This document shows positions 25,907 to 34,455 of a DNA stretch of 51,556 bases, one piece after another. The DNA is taken from the NCBI GenBank assembly GCA_009930415.1, contig RZYG01000001.1:1-51556 (forward strand), in the 5' to 3' direction. Position 1 is the first letter of the stretch. Every line of letters starts with the position of its first letter. A program made the translations under genes and the position numbers. The stretch is from Spartobacteria bacterium. GTDB lineage: Bacteria > Verrucomicrobiota > Kiritimatiellia > CAIQIC01 > Lenti-01. The notes under the pieces were generated by a model. It was not told where the DNA came from and did no database searches. It worked only from the letters and a program-made list of their open reading frames with translations.

Positions 25907-26901
25907 ATCTTCCCATTTCCAAGATCGTCGCGGATGGCGGAATCCAGACCCGCGAGGGAACCAATCCGGCAACAGTAAACGAGTATGCGGACGCGATGCA
26001 GGACGGAGCCGCGTTTCCTCCCGTGGTGGTATTCCATGACGGCACTCAATACTTTTTGGCCGATGGCTTCCACCGGGTAGCCGCCGCCGAAAGTTTGGAC
26101 TGGAAGGAAATCGAAGCCGACGTGCGCGAGGGCGGACGGTTGGACGCACTTTGGTTTGCGCTTTCCGCGAACAAGGCCCACGGCGCGAGAATGACGCGGG
26201 CCGACGTGCGGAAGGCAATCGGGTTGGCACTCCAGGAATTTCCAGAGCGGAGCAACCGCGATATCGGCAAACAAATCGGATGCGACCACAAGACGGTTGA
26301 AGCCGCCCGACGTGTCCATGAGGCAGGTGGGGAAATTCCCCACGTGGAAAATCGGACGGGGGCCGATGGCAAGACCTACCCGGCCCGCCGGGAGCCGGAG
26401 CCCGAAGCCGTCGAAACGGAATCATCCGAACCGGATGCCGAACCAGACGGAACGGAAGATGCGAAGCCGGAGGGCGACGGAGAGGCAGAGGCGGAGCCCA
26501 CGGAAGAATTGCCGGAGGATGAATCCGGCGACGATGCCGAGGGGAAACCCCTCCCCACCTACAACGCGGTTGTGCGGGCGAATAACATTGCCTCCGCCAA
26601 AAAACGGTTGGCATCCGCATTCGGCCCCGGCGCGGTTGTGTCGGTTGAAAAGCAGACCTTTCCGAAGTCGAAGGCGGAGCGGTTGGGCCGCGCCGAAGGT
26701 TTCGTCGAGGATGCAAAAAGCATTGTAGAGGAATTGTTGGGCGAGATCGAGAGCCGCCGCGACAATATGCCGGAGAACCTACAGAACGGCGAAACGGCAG
26801 ACCGTCTTTCCGAATGCGCGGACGGATTGCAATCCATCGTGGACGCGCTGGGCGAGGTGGATTTTTCATCCATCGAATTTCCGGGAGCGTTTGGACAATG
26901 A
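25903..26901 (+). CDS. ParB N-terminal (ParB/Srx nuclease-like) domain protein with HTH and highly acidic linker
   Basis: ISKIVADGGIQTREGTNPATVNEYADAM...PPVVVFHDGTQYFLADGFHRVAAA is a ParB-box-type N-terminal domain. SNRDIGKQIGCDHKTVEAARR is an HTH. Residues encoded at ~26388-26540 are a long Asp/Glu-rich tract. Confidence 0.75.
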   Translation: MNLPISKIVADGGIQTREGTNPATVNEYADAMQDGAAFPPVVVFHDGTQYFLADGFHRVAAAESLDWKEIEADVREGGRLDALWFALSANKAHGARMTRADVRKAIGLALQEFPERSNRDIGKQIGCDHKTVEAARRVHEAGGEIPHVENRTGADGKTYPARREPEPEAVETESSEPDAEPDGTEDAKPEGDGEAEAEPTEELPEDESGDDAEGKPLPTYNAVVRANNIASAKKRLASAFGPGAVVSVEKQTFPKSKAERLGRAEGFVEDAKSIVEELLGEIESRRDNMPENLQNGETADRLSECADGLQSIVDALGEVDFSSIEFPGAFGQ

Positions 26902-27143
26902 GCAATCCCCGGACACCCCGCCAAGAGGAAAATTGGATTCTTGCGGGCCGTCAATGGCCCAACTGGACGGAGCCCGGAGCCCCCGACGCGCCGCCCATCC
27001 ATGAACCGAAGGAGCCGAACGGAAGAAACGCGCCGAGTTGGTGCGGGCTGGAATCCATCCACCGCACGGAAGAACAAATCCGCGCCGATGATGCCGAACT
27101 CGCCAAGCGCAAGGCGTTGAACGCCGGAAAGGTGGCCGCATGA
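26898..27143 (+). CDS. small hypothetical protein
   Basis: 81 aa (MSNPRTPRQEENW...). ATGA overlaps with both the upstream and the downstream gene. Confidence 0.4.
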   Translation: MSNPRTPRQEENWILAGRQWPNWTEPGAPDAPPIHEPKEPNGRNAPSWCGLESIHRTEEQIRADDAELAKRKALNAGKVAA

Positions 27144-28069
27144 AAGTTGAAAACGGCGCGGCGCGGAAATTCGATGAGGCGTTGCGAACCTGGCCCCCAG
27201 CCGGGAGCGGAGTACACGCCCACTTAATGACGGCGGCGAACCTTGCCGCGATTGCCGGGCTATCACCAGCGGAGGCGGAGGCCCGTATCCTTTCCACCAT
27301 ACCGCGCCCGCCTTCCCCCGGATCGGAAGTGGCGGCGGCGATTCGGAAGGCATACGACGCGCACAAGCCGGGGGAGCAATACGCGCCCCGGAAGATAGTC
27401 CCGCCAAAATCAAAGCCCTTGCCGATGACGCGGGAGGCGTTTATCCGCCGCGGCGACGGGGCGGCGGAGGTGGACTGGTGGGAACGCTCGCCTATCCGCA
27501 TTGACTGGGAGCCCGGCCCCCGCGATGCGCTTGCGGTGCTGGGGACGCTCTACGCCCCGGAGGAATATCTTTTCGTCGGGGAACGCTACGGGGCAGACGT
27601 GCGGACGGCGGGCGACTGGATGCGCCGGATTGAAGCCGGGGAACCCGTGCCGCCCCACTTCATTCCGAACCCCCTCACGGGGCAGGAGCATCCGTTGCCG
27701 GATGGGAAGCTATCGCGGCGCGGGGATTCCGCCGTCGCGTCTTTCCGTTTCGCGGTAGCGGAGTTTGACGGCATGGGCAAGCCGGAGCAACTGGCCTTTT
27801 GGTGGGGCTACCGTTCCGCGCCCATTGCGGCACTCATAGACACGGGCGGCAAATCCATCCACGCGATTCTAAAAGTGGATGCCCCCAGCCGGGAAGCATG
27901 GGAGGCGGAAATCGAAAATAAACTTTTCGCCCGCGTCTTGTGCCCGCTGGGGTGCGATGCCGCTTGCAGGAATGAAGCCCGCCTCTCACGTCTCCCCGGC
28001 CATTTTCGCCGGGAGAAAAACGCTTGGCAACGCCTCTTGTATTTGAACCCCGAAGGAATCCGCCGATGA
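27140..28069 (+). CDS. putative primase-polymerase (archaeo-eukaryotic primase superfamily-like) replication protein
   Basis: An ordered set of AEP-like motifs is readable: FRFAVAEFDG (acidic motif I), GGKSIHAILKV (sxH motif II), DAACRNEARLSRLPG (motif III-like R.PG). It lies immediately upstream of, and overlaps, the helicase gene. The assignment is by motif only. Confidence 0.5.
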   Translation: MKVENGAARKFDEALRTWPPAGSGVHAHLMTAANLAAIAGLSPAEAEARILSTIPRPPSPGSEVAAAIRKAYDAHKPGEQYAPRKIVPPKSKPLPMTREAFIRRGDGAAEVDWWERSPIRIDWEPGPRDALAVLGTLYAPEEYLFVGERYGADVRTAGDWMRRIEAGEPVPPHFIPNPLTGQEHPLPDGKLSRRGDSAVASFRFAVAEFDGMGKPEQLAFWWGYRSAPIAALIDTGGKSIHAILKVDAPSREAWEAEIENKLFARVLCPLGCDAACRNEARLSRLPGHFRREKNAWQRLLYLNPEGIRR

Positions 28070-29265
28070 ACCCCGTTGACGAAATGCTAAAGGAAACCGA
28101 AACCACGCGGGGCGAAACGCCGGAAGGCGCGGAAATCATCCGCCCTTATTCAACCCGCGCATGGGATGAACTGGCAGAGATGGAATTGACCCCGCCGGAA
28201 ATCGTTTGGGGCGGTTTCGCGCTGGGCGGTTCATGCGTGATATTCGGGCAGGGTGGGCTTGGAAAATCGCGCCTTGCTCTCAATCTCGCCCGCAATCAGG
28301 TGTTGGGCATCCCGTTCGCCGGGCTCCCTACCGCGCCGCGCCCCTTGCGGCATTTGATGATGGGATCTGAAAATTCCATCCATCGGTTGCAATCCGACGT
28401 GCGGAAGATGGGCGCGGGGCTGGCCCCCGAACAGGTTGCCAAGCTGGGGGTGCATACCCTACTTGCCACGCTGGAAGGCCCGGAGGATTCCCATATCAGT
28501 CTCGCCTCTCCCGCCAACGTGGAGAAGTGGGCCGCAACGCTGGAAGGCTGGCCCCCGGACGTTCTATGGGTTGACCCGTGGGGCGACGTGCTGGCGGGCG
28601 ATGCGAACGGCGACGAAGATACACGCGCCACCCTATCCGCCCTCCGGCGACTCTTGCGAAAGGTGAATCCATCCGCCGGGATGGGAATCCTAGCCCATGC
28701 CCGGACGGGGGCCAGGAACATCATGCAGGCAATCGGCTACGATGCCGCGAATTTCGGGAAGGGATCGAAAGCCCTCTATTCATCCGCCCGATGCGTTTGG
28801 AATCTCGCCCCCGGCGACGAAGGGGAAAACCCCTTGCTTGTGTGCGTCCATGCCAAGTCAAACGACGCGCCGAAATTCCCGCCTTTTGCCGTAAGCCTAG
28901 ACCCGGAAACGATGCTCTACACGCGGGCGGCGGATTTCGATTTTGACGGTTGGCAATCCGAGGTGGCGGCGCGGGCCAATGGCAAGGCCGGAACCCGCCG
29001 GGGGCCGCGCCTAACGGAAGATGATGCCTTTGACGCGCTGGGCGACGAAACGGGCACGGCGGCGGAGGTTCATCAAAAGTTGCGGGAGAAGGGGGCAACC
29101 CGCGATGAAGCCGACGATCTATGCAAGCGGTTGGTTGTGGCCGGGCGTTGGGAGCGGTGGAGGCCAGCCCTCCGGCATACCCCGGTTTATATCGGCCCCC
29201 CGGATGCCATGAACAGGCGGCGGAAACTGGTAGCGGAACAGGCGCAAGGGAGGTTTGAGGTATGA
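28066..29265 (+). CDS. RecA-fold replicative helicase/ATPase (AAA_25 / RepA-like)
   Basis: ATG 28066 overlaps the preceding stop. Walker A GQGGLGKSRLAL, Walker B VLWVDPWGD, then the typical ...ALRRLLRK...GILAHARTG layout of RepA/AAA_25 proteins. Confidence 0.7.
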   Translation: MNPVDEMLKETETTRGETPEGAEIIRPYSTRAWDELAEMELTPPEIVWGGFALGGSCVIFGQGGLGKSRLALNLARNQVLGIPFAGLPTAPRPLRHLMMGSENSIHRLQSDVRKMGAGLAPEQVAKLGVHTLLATLEGPEDSHISLASPANVEKWAATLEGWPPDVLWVDPWGDVLAGDANGDEDTRATLSALRRLLRKVNPSAGMGILAHARTGARNIMQAIGYDAANFGKGSKALYSSARCVWNLAPGDEGENPLLVCVHAKSNDAPKFPPFAVSLDPETMLYTRAADFDFDGWQSEVAARANGKAGTRRGPRLTEDDAFDALGDETGTAAEVHQKLREKGATRDEADDLCKRLVVAGRWERWRPALRHTPVYIGPPDAMNRRRKLVAEQAQGRFEV

Positions 29266-29432
29266 CGATTCCCGACAATTCCCGACGATTCCCGACAACT
29301 TCCCCGGAAAGCGTGAATTGCCCAGATTTACGATTTCCCCCCGCACTCCCCTTTAGGGGTGCGGGAAATCGTGAAATCGTCAATTCGGGGCGGCGAGACA
29401 TGAAAACAAGCGGAGGGGCCGGAAATCGTCAA
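29266..29432. repeat. putative replication origin: iterons plus long imperfect palindrome
   Basis: 3 x 10-bp direct repeats ATTCCCGAC(A/G) at 29268-29297. An imperfect 41-nt palindrome CGATTTCCC...GGGAAATCG at 29331-29371. GAAATCGT occurs at 29365, 29373 and 29422, the last two as GAAATCGTCAA. The region sits directly downstream of the helicase gene. Confidence 0.5.
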
Positions 29433-29449
29433 CGGAAAGGCGGCATGGA

Positions 29450-29725
29450 ATGAGCGTGCGCGTGATTCAAGTTGAAACGGCGGTTTTGGGAACCGGAAGG
29501 CCCGGCGATACATTCACGCTGGGCGGGCATCTCTATAGGGTGCGCGAGGTTCAATCCTACTTCAACGAGCGGGAGCAACACCGCATTGCCGTGGAAGTGG
29601 AGGCGGAATGCCAAGTGTGCGGGAAGCCTTATACCTACACAACGCACCGCCGCCCTACCTACATTCCCAAAACGTGCAAGGCGCACCGTTGGCAGGGGCC
29701 GCGCAAGGCAGGGGGCGAAGAATGA
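29450..29725 (+). CDS. small hypothetical protein with Cys-containing motif
   Basis: 91 aa, with GGAAAGG upstream. Contains ECQVCGKPY...KTCKAHRW, a possible zinc ribbon. Confidence 0.4.
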   Translation: MSVRVIQVETAVLGTGRPGDTFTLGGHLYRVREVQSYFNEREQHRIAVEVEAECQVCGKPYTYTTHRRPTYIPKTCKAHRWQGPRKAGGEE

Positions 29726-30309
29726 AAGCAGGATGTTGGCGCAACTTGGCGCAAGTATCGGCAGGGGGCAACTTGCCACAACATAACCCCCGGTTGAACA
29801 AAGGCGGCACGGTGGCGGACGCTACCCGCTACCCGGAACTATACCGGGGAACCTACTGGGGCGGTTTCGGGATGGACGCGAACGCGGATATGATAGGGCC
29901 GGAAATCATCCGCAACCGGGATGCGTTTGCGAAGCGTTGGAAATTGCGGCGGCGGGTTGACGCGGTGGGCCGATACCCGGCGCGGGAGGCGGGCACGGAT
30001 TTTGACCATCCCGAATGCTTCAAGGATGCCGAGGGGTGGGTTGTGCTGGTTGTGTCCAACTATGGAAGCATCCCGCCGCCCGCCGTTCTGGGCATGGTGC
30101 GGGTTGCGCCGATATATGGCCGGGGCGTTGGCTCATGGGTTGGGCGGTTTTCATCCGTGCGCGAACTCCGGGCGCGGCTGGATGCTTGCGGGGCCGCAGG
30201 GAGCCCGTTTGCCGTGCGATTGGACGCGGGCAGGGGCAACGCCGGGGGCACGGTGCGCGGCGCGTCTAGGGGGCATCGTGGAGCCCGTGCGGGGGTGCGG
30301 CGGGGATGA
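29722..30309 (+). CDS. hypothetical protein
   Basis: The internal ATG of ORF 29608..30309 overlaps the preceding stop (ATGA). No family recognised. The start is uncertain. Confidence 0.35.
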   Translation: MKAGCWRNLAQVSAGGNLPQHNPRLNKGGTVADATRYPELYRGTYWGGFGMDANADMIGPEIIRNRDAFAKRWKLRRRVDAVGRYPAREAGTDFDHPECFKDAEGWVVLVVSNYGSIPPPAVLGMVRVAPIYGRGVGSWVGRFSSVRELRARLDACGAAGSPFAVRLDAGRGNAGGTVRGASRGHRGARAGVRRG

Positions 30310-30343
30310 ACGAGAAACAAGACAACCAAAGAGGAAACCAACC

Positions 30344-30862
30344 ATGAACAAAGAGAGCATTAAAGAACAGGCGGCGGGGTATGTGGGGATTATGAGTGCC
30401 GCCGTAGATGAAGCATTGGACAAGGGCGGCGGGATGATTTCCGCAAGCCTCTTGCGCCCGATATTGGAGGCTCATTTCAAATCCGCCGGGGTTGCCTTCC
30501 AGCCGCGCATGAATCGGCTTGCGCTGGGGCTGGCCAAACGGCGCATGGTGGAGCAGTCGAATGCGGAATTGCGGGAGGCAACGAAACATTGGACTCCCGA
30601 AATGCGGGCACGCTATGCCCCGGAGCGTATGCGGCAACTTGGGGAACTGGCGCGATTGACCGAGGACATTTGCAAACTGCCCGCCCCGGCGGAGTATGCC
30701 GAGACGTTGGCGGGGCAGTTGGAGAGGGGAGAAATCGAAACCGCCCAATCCGCCGCCGCGTGGCTGAAAGAGTTTGCGGCGGCATACCGGGAGGCGGGGC
30801 GCGAACTTGACGGGCCTACCCCGCGCACGCGCATGGGGCAAGGTGAGGTTGCCCATGAGTGA
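30344..30862 (+). CDS. hypothetical helical protein (position compatible with a small terminase or other packaging accessory; unverified)
   Basis: ATG 30344 is preceded by GAGGAAA. 172 aa (MNKESIKEQAAGYVGIMSAAVDEAL...). The upstream part of ORF 29921 is rejected. Confidence 0.45.
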   Translation: MNKESIKEQAAGYVGIMSAAVDEALDKGGGMISASLLRPILEAHFKSAGVAFQPRMNRLALGLAKRRMVEQSNAELREATKHWTPEMRARYAPERMRQLGELARLTEDICKLPAPAEYAETLAGQLERGEIETAQSAAAWLKEFAAAYREAGRELDGPTPRTRMGQGEVAHE

Positions 30863-31061
30863 GTGCCAAGCAAAGACGGCGGACGGGAGCCCGGCGGGAA
30901 ATCGGTTGGTTCCCCCGAAGGGGGAACGGGCTAGCCGGGGGTTGGCGCACACCGGGACTTTTCGCGTAAAACAAAACGAAAAAAAACAGCAGGGGGTGGT
31001 AGATGCCCCGGCGTCAAGGTACTTCCAGAGAATCAAACGACGGGAACCGCGCACACCGTAA
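30855..31061 (+). CDS. small basic hypothetical protein
   Basis: 68 aa starting inside the previous gene's last codons. Weak evidence. Confidence 0.25.
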   Translation: MSECQAKTADGSPAGNRLVPPKGERASRGLAHTGTFRVKQNEKKQQGVVDAPASRYFQRIKRREPRTP

Positions 31062-31110
31062 TCCCGCGCCCGTCTATCGGCTTTCCAACCATGAACAAAG
31101 GCAACCAACC

Positions 31111-33201
31111 ATGAAGCAGAAAAAGAAAAATCCCAGCCCCAGAGCGAACGAAACCCGGCGGCAACGTCGGGCGGCGGCATCCCTTATTGAACGGCGAAAG
31201 TGCGCGAATCCCAAGCGGCGGGCCGAACTGGAAGCGGCCCCGGCGGAATGGTTGCGCCACTACTTGCACGCGGCATTCCCCCTCCCGTTTGGCGAGGTTC
31301 ATTTGCGGATGATAGAGGCGGCGGCGCGGGCGGTGGAAACGGGCTCCGGGATGGCGTGCGCGGCCCCCAGAGGCACGGGAAAATCTACGGTGCTTTGGGG
31401 GGTGGCGTTGTGGGCGTTGCTCTCCGGGCGTGCCCGCTTCCCGGTGGTGGCGGGCTGGGCGCACGCGGCGGCGCGTCGGATGTTGCGGAAATGGATTTCC
31501 ACGCTGGCGGAGAATCCGCGACTGGCGGCGGACTATCCCGAAGCAACCGCGCCCTTTTGGGAGTCAACGCACGCAAACCGCTTGAAGCATACCGCGTGGG
31601 CCGATACCGGGGAGGCGACGGGGGCGGACGTTCAAACGGGCGGCGGCACGGTGGTTTTGCCGTCCGGGTTGGGCGCGTTGGGAGCCGTGAGCATTTCGGG
31701 GAACACGCGGGGGTTATCGGTTGGGCTCCCCGATGGAAGCACGGCGCGGCCCGACGTGCTTTTTCTGGACGATCCGCAATCCAAAGAGGTTGCCGAATCC
31801 CCGAAGCTGGCGCGGGCGGCGGTGGAGAAAATCGAAGGGGATTTGTTTTCCGTGGCCGGGCCGGATTCCCGCCTTTCCATCATGGTTGCCTGTACGGTGG
31901 TTTCGTCGGGCGACGTGGCGGAGCATTTCCTATCGCACCCCGATTTCGAGGGCGTGCGGGTGGGCCAGATTGTGAAATGGCCCGATGGATGGACGGATGA
32001 CAACTCCCCCACGAGGGCGTTGTGGGATGAATGGAACAAGGCGCGGGTGGCCGGGGTGTCCAACCATGACGGAGGGAAGGCGGCGCGGGGCTACTACGCG
32101 GCGCACGCGGCGGAGATGACGGCGGGCATGGAGGTTTCATGGCCGGAACGATTCGACAGGAAACGCGGCGACCCGGACGCATATTTCGCGGCGATGCTGG
32201 ATTTTTACAGGCTGGGGGAGCGGGCGTTCATGGCGGAGCGTCAAAACGAGCCCCTTGCATCCGGGGAGGCATCCGTTTTTGAACTCCCGCACAACCTTGT
32301 TGCCGGGAAGGTGTCGGGGGTGGCGCGGCGCGTGGCCCCGGAGCATTCCGTTGGATTGGTTGGCATGGTTGACTTGAACGCGGACGGGGCGCGGTGGGCG
32401 TTGGCGACTTGCACAAACTCCGCCGCCCTTTCCATCGTGGACTATGGAACCTTCCCCGGAGGCGGGCGGATGCTGGTTGGGCCGGGAGAATCCGAAGCGG
32501 TTGCAATCATGCGCGGATTGTCGGGGCTGGATGCGTTGCTCCGGGGCGTGGCCGTTATGCAGGGCGAAACTCAAATGCCGCTGGATTTGCTTTTGCTGGA
32601 TTCGGGTTGGCTCATGCAACCCGTCTTTGACTGGTTGGCAGGGCCGGGGCGCACGTCGCCGTTGCCGTGGTTTGCTTCCCGTGGCTGGGGGAGCCGGAAC
32701 TATCGGCCCAACGGGAAAAGCGTTATCGGGAGGCCGGGCGACGGTTGGCACGTTGCCGATTGGCAACGCAAGGGGCGCGTGGTGATTCACGATGCGGATG
32801 CGTGGCGGTATCGGCAACAAAAGGCATGGTTGCTCCCCGTGGGGGCTCCCGAATCCATTTGCCTATTCGGAACGCCCGGCACGCGGCACGACCATTTCGC
32901 GGATGGCGTGGTGGCGGAGCGGTTGGTTGCCTTTGTCCAAACGGATGCGGGGCCGCTTTACAAGTGGCAGGGAACGCCGGGGCTCCGCAACGATTTCGGG
33001 GACGTTGCAACGGGCTTGTGCGTGGCGGCAAATCGGTTGGGCTTCAATCCAACCGGGATGCGCGTCAACCCCAAGCTCAAAAAACATAGGGCGGTGATTT
33101 CTTGGATGCAGTTTGGCGGCGGTGAAAACCACGCGCCCCCGGCCCCCGGAGGGCATCGTGCCGTGATAGGCCGCCCCTCCCGCCGTGGTTTCGGGTGGTA
33201 G
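31111..33201 (+). CDS. phage terminase large subunit-like protein (ATPase + RNaseH-like nuclease)
   Basis: Walker A CAAPRGTGKSTVLW and Walker B PDVLFLDDPQ. The C-terminal half has spaced acidic motifs (GMVDLNADG, LLLLDSGW, VIHDADAWRY) as in TerL nuclease domains. The N-terminal layout (HLRMIEA...PRGTGKS...LWALL) resembles Mu/COG5362-type TerL. The start could instead be 31003. Confidence 0.55.
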   Translation: MKQKKKNPSPRANETRRQRRAAASLIERRKCANPKRRAELEAAPAEWLRHYLHAAFPLPFGEVHLRMIEAAARAVETGSGMACAAPRGTGKSTVLWGVALWALLSGRARFPVVAGWAHAAARRMLRKWISTLAENPRLAADYPEATAPFWESTHANRLKHTAWADTGEATGADVQTGGGTVVLPSGLGALGAVSISGNTRGLSVGLPDGSTARPDVLFLDDPQSKEVAESPKLARAAVEKIEGDLFSVAGPDSRLSIMVACTVVSSGDVAEHFLSHPDFEGVRVGQIVKWPDGWTDDNSPTRALWDEWNKARVAGVSNHDGGKAARGYYAAHAAEMTAGMEVSWPERFDRKRGDPDAYFAAMLDFYRLGERAFMAERQNEPLASGEASVFELPHNLVAGKVSGVARRVAPEHSVGLVGMVDLNADGARWALATCTNSAALSIVDYGTFPGGGRMLVGPGESEAVAIMRGLSGLDALLRGVAVMQGETQMPLDLLLLDSGWLMQPVFDWLAGPGRTSPLPWFASRGWGSRNYRPNGKSVIGRPGDGWHVADWQRKGRVVIHDADAWRYRQQKAWLLPVGAPESICLFGTPGTRHDHFADGVVAERLVAFVQTDAGPLYKWQGTPGLRNDFGDVATGLCVAANRLGFNPTGMRVNPKLKKHRAVISWMQFGGGENHAPPAPGGHRAVIGRPSRRGFGW

Positions 33202-33220
33202 AGGGCGGAGCATTTACGAA

Positions 33221-33526
33221 ATGAACAAACCAACGAAAGGGCGAGACATGAAAAGCAAAAAGAAAATCCGGGCGGAGATAGAGAGCTTGAAAGAGGAAAA
33301 GTTGAATTGCGTTGCTACGGTTGAACTGGAATTGCAAGGGCTGGCGAATTGGCTTGGGGCGCAATTCCCCGGCGCACCGTCCAACCTATTGTGGGCGGTG
33401 GCGAAGTACGAGCCCAACGTGCGGTGGAAAGCGGAGTGGAACCGCAAAGGCGCGGCGGCGGTTCAACGGCGGATTCGGCGACGCATTCGCCAATTGGAAG
33501 CGATGCCCAAACGGGCGCGGCGTTGA
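33221..33526 (+). CDS. small coiled-coil hypothetical protein
   Basis: 101 aa (MNKPTKGRDMKSKKKIRAEIESLKEEKL...). Confidence 0.4.
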   Translation: MNKPTKGRDMKSKKKIRAEIESLKEEKLNCVATVELELQGLANWLGAQFPGAPSNLLWAVAKYEPNVRWKAEWNRKGAAAVQRRIRRRIRQLEAMPKRARR

Positions 33527-33555
33527 CGGCGGCGAGGCCCTACGGGGCGACGGAT

Positions 33556-33948
33556 TCAACCGCGCCGCGACTTGGCGGGGGCGAGATGGGCCAGACGATC
33601 CGGGAGCGGGGCGACGGGCCGGGCTGGGGCGGCGAGGGATTCCCGCATGGCTTCCACGGATTCCGGCGATAGCAGGAAACGCCCTTCCACTTTTTCGCCC
33701 GTCAACTTTCCTTCCGCTATCCAACGGGAGAGGGTGGCGGGATGCTTGCCGAGATACTTTGCCGCCGCCGATGCGCTCATTCCGCGCTGGGGCTGGGCCG
33801 GGGCTGGATCGGCTATGGTATCGCAAGCGGCGATGATGCGGGCGCGTTGGGCGGGCGATAGGGCGGAATCCGTATCCAGCACGGCGACGATTGCGGCGCG
33901 GGTTGCTGGGCTCATTGTGGCGGGGCTCTTGGGTTGCGCTGTTTTCAT
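33556..33948 (-). CDS. helix-turn-helix (excisionase/MerR-type HTH_17-like) DNA-binding protein; candidate island regulator
   Basis: ATG 33946-33948 is preceded by GGGAG on the minus strand. MSASAAAKYLGKHPATLSRWIAEGKLTGEKVEGRFLLSPESVEAM is an HTH_17-like segment. This is the only minus-strand gene in the island, and an AT-rich repeat-containing region lies upstream of it. Confidence 0.55.
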   Translation of the reverse strand: MKTAQPKSPATMSPATRAAIVAVLDTDSALSPAQRARIIAACDTIADPAPAQPQRGMSASAAAKYLGKHPATLSRWIAEGKLTGEKVEGRFLLSPESVEAMRESLAAPARPVAPLPDRLAHLAPAKSRRG

Positions 33949-34455
33949 GCTCCCTACTTTCCCCGAAGGGGAAAGGCATTGCAAGCCGAAAATGAGGCAC
34001 ACTTGCGTTTGCAATCATGCGCAACATAACTAATATTATCCGACATAGACTAAAACCGCCGATGCAACTGCCATATATGCAACGGGATATGGAAGGCGCA
34101 AAACAGGGGTGTTTTCGCCCCTTTTGAAAAATCGGCGTAAGTCTATGTTTTGCGGGCTGGAAATGAGCCCGCCGGGGCATGGATTCCGGGCTGGGCTACC
34201 GTTCCACGCCCCCAGCCGGGGCCGTAGGATGCTTGTCAAGCCTTCCCGCCTTCCGCTCCATGCGGAGACAGGGGCGGGGGGTAGATCGGGGGCCGCGCAG
34301 GGGGTAAAGCGGCGGAGCAACGCGGCATCCCGCCACAACCAAAACAAGCGGTGACAGCGGGTGGGTTATTAGCAGTGGGCATTAGCAGTATGGCCGATTA
34401 TTGACGCGCTAAAACGAATAATCATCAATATTCATGGGCATAATGTGGGAATAAA

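Noticed and set aside
29268-29297. CRISPR array, considered for the 10-bp repeats at 29268-29297 and for the 31-bp units at 42043-42127.
   Set aside because: The repeats are contiguous with no unique spacers, there are only three units, they are too short, and no cas genes are in the window.
29262-29453. A 63-aa ORF across the iteron/palindrome block, with antisense ORFs 29119..29346, 29328..29513 and 28721..29401.
   Set aside because: The region is built from direct and inverted repeats and has no codon bias. It is better explained as non-coding origin or regulatory DNA.
34015-34455. ORFs 34036..34347(-) 103 aa, 34109..34354(+) 81 aa and 34409..34663(-) in the right arm of the island.
   Set aside because: Codon bias is poor. 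The ORFs overlap one another and the tRNA/att region. The region contains AT-rich promoter-like sequence and repeated ATGCAAC and ATTAGCAGT motifs, so it is more likely regulatory/attP-arm DNA.
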